A stretch of DNA of 64,000 nt from contig CAKKNE010000003.1 in assembly GCA_918797485.1 (NCBI GenBank), positions 3,038,001 to 3,102,000 of the forward strand, given 5' to 3'. This DNA is from Pelagomonas calceolata. Lineage: Eukaryota. Under the pieces are notes generated by a model. It had not been told where the DNA came from. It saw nothing but the letters and a program-made list of their open reading frames with translations, and searched no databases. This document shows positions 63,018 to 64,000 of this stretch, one piece after another. A program made the position numbers and the translations under genes. Each line of letters starts with the position of its first letter. Within the stretch, counting starts at the first letter, position 1.

Positions 63018-64000
63018 TTACTTAGAGGAAGAGGCCTCGGCATCGCACGCGGCGGCCGGCACCTTGCCCGAAGAGCCGTCCGGGCCCGAGTCCACGGCTG
63101 CCGCCGGCGCGGCCGGCGTCGCGTCGTCGTCGGCGGCGCTCGGGTCCCGTGCGCTACTCGACGGCGGCGGCGCCTCACGGGCGCGGAGCGCGGCTCGCGC
63201 GAGTCCCAGATGGCGCTCAAGCGCCTTCGTGAGCGGGTGCGCGCCTCCGAGCACGCGCCGCGCGATCCGTTTCGTCTCCTCGAGCGTCGTTACGGCCACG
63301 CAGAGATCATCAAGCGTGGCGCCGTCGGCCCTGTAGAGAGTCAGCGCGTAAGTCCACCTCATCGTGAGCGTGAGATGATGACTCTCTCCGAGAAGGCGTC
63401 GCGCCACGGGAATCATTTTGCGGAACAGTGCCTTGGCTTCTTCAAAGCGCCGCAGATTATGGAGGGACGAAGCGTAGTTGTTGGCTTCTCTGATTGTGTC
63501 GAAGTGTTCCTCGCCGTGTAAATTCACGCATTCAGAGTATACTTCTCGTCGCAAGGTTAGGGCATCTTCACGCCTTTCGAGCAATTGATACGTGTTCGCA
63601 ACATTGCCCTTCACGAGGAGAATGTCGTTTTGTGGTGCGCCAATGCGCCGCAACAGAGACAACTCGGCCTCTCGCACGGACAGCGCGTCCTTGTGGTGCT
63701 TTGCATCGGATAAACCGTTCCCGAGCACGCTCATCGCAAATCTCCGAGCCATGTCCTCCTCCGGCCGCCCCGCGTACGTCTTCCAGCACGCCCACCCGAG
63801 TGCGCACCCCACGAGCCCGTGGTACTCTTGTTCGCATAGGCTGCACGTGCGCCACCGCTGCCACCTCTCATTCACTTTGTCCGTCAAATTATTTTCCTCG
63901 GCCTCGGCGATCAAAATCTTCGCCTGTTCCGCCAGACACGACACGTGCACGAATCCCGCCGTCCCGCGGCACGCGCACATACGCACGAGGCCCTCCTTCG
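63018..64000 (-). CDS. RING-CH + TPR protein of the MYND/RING-CH/TPR family; 5' end outside the window
   Basis: EGLVRMCACRGTAGFVHVSCL, WRTCSLCEQEYHG, MSVLGNGL, HGEEHFDTIREANNYA and GGAHPLT..ARAALRARE. Confidence 0.9.
   Translation of the reverse strand, partial: KEGLVRMCACRGTAGFVHVSCLAEQAKILIAEAEENNLTDKVNERWQRWRTCSLCEQEYHGLVGCALGWACWKTYAGRPEEDMARRFAMSVLGNGLSDAKHHKDALSVREAELSLLRRIGAPQNDILLVKGNVANTYQLLERREDALTLRREVYSECVNLHGEEHFDTIREANNYASSLHNLRRFEEAKALFRKMIPVARRLLGESHHLTLTMRWTYALTLYRADGATLDDLCVAVTTLEETKRIARRVLGGAHPLTKALERHLGLARAALRAREAPPPSSSARDPSAADDDATPAAPAAAVDSGPDGSSGKVPAAACDAEASSSK

Overview
Gene-dense, very GC-rich eukaryotic nuclear DNA. Most likely a pelagophyte alga (Pelagomonas/Aureococcus-like). 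This is an inference from the introner family, GC-AG introns, bipartite plastid-targeting peptides and the MYND/RING-CH/TPR gene family. About 30 protein-coding loci are visible: an RNR large subunit, ataxin-3, a pseudouridine synthase, an ABC1 kinase, RPF1, an RsmF-like methyltransferase, organellar PheRS, Nup96, two SNF2 helicases, a CDPK, an FKBP and glycosyl/sulfotransferases, among others. The most striking non-protein signals are: (1) two convergent tRNA genes carrying three archaeal-style bulge-helix introns at non-canonical positions (tRNA-Val 28/29; tRNA-Ala 22/23 and 62/63); (2) TIR/8-bp-TSD introner elements that create precisely spliced introns in both orientations, plus eroded relatives in most other introns; (3) a bipartite motif GCTAGTGTCTTAC-N2-4-CGCTAGC found 9 times, always about 70-260 bp upstream of a start codon; (4) two chimeric pseudogene loci; and (5) an unexplained low-GC island at about 59.3-62.2 kb. 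Exon boundaries and products were read by eye; no database search was run.
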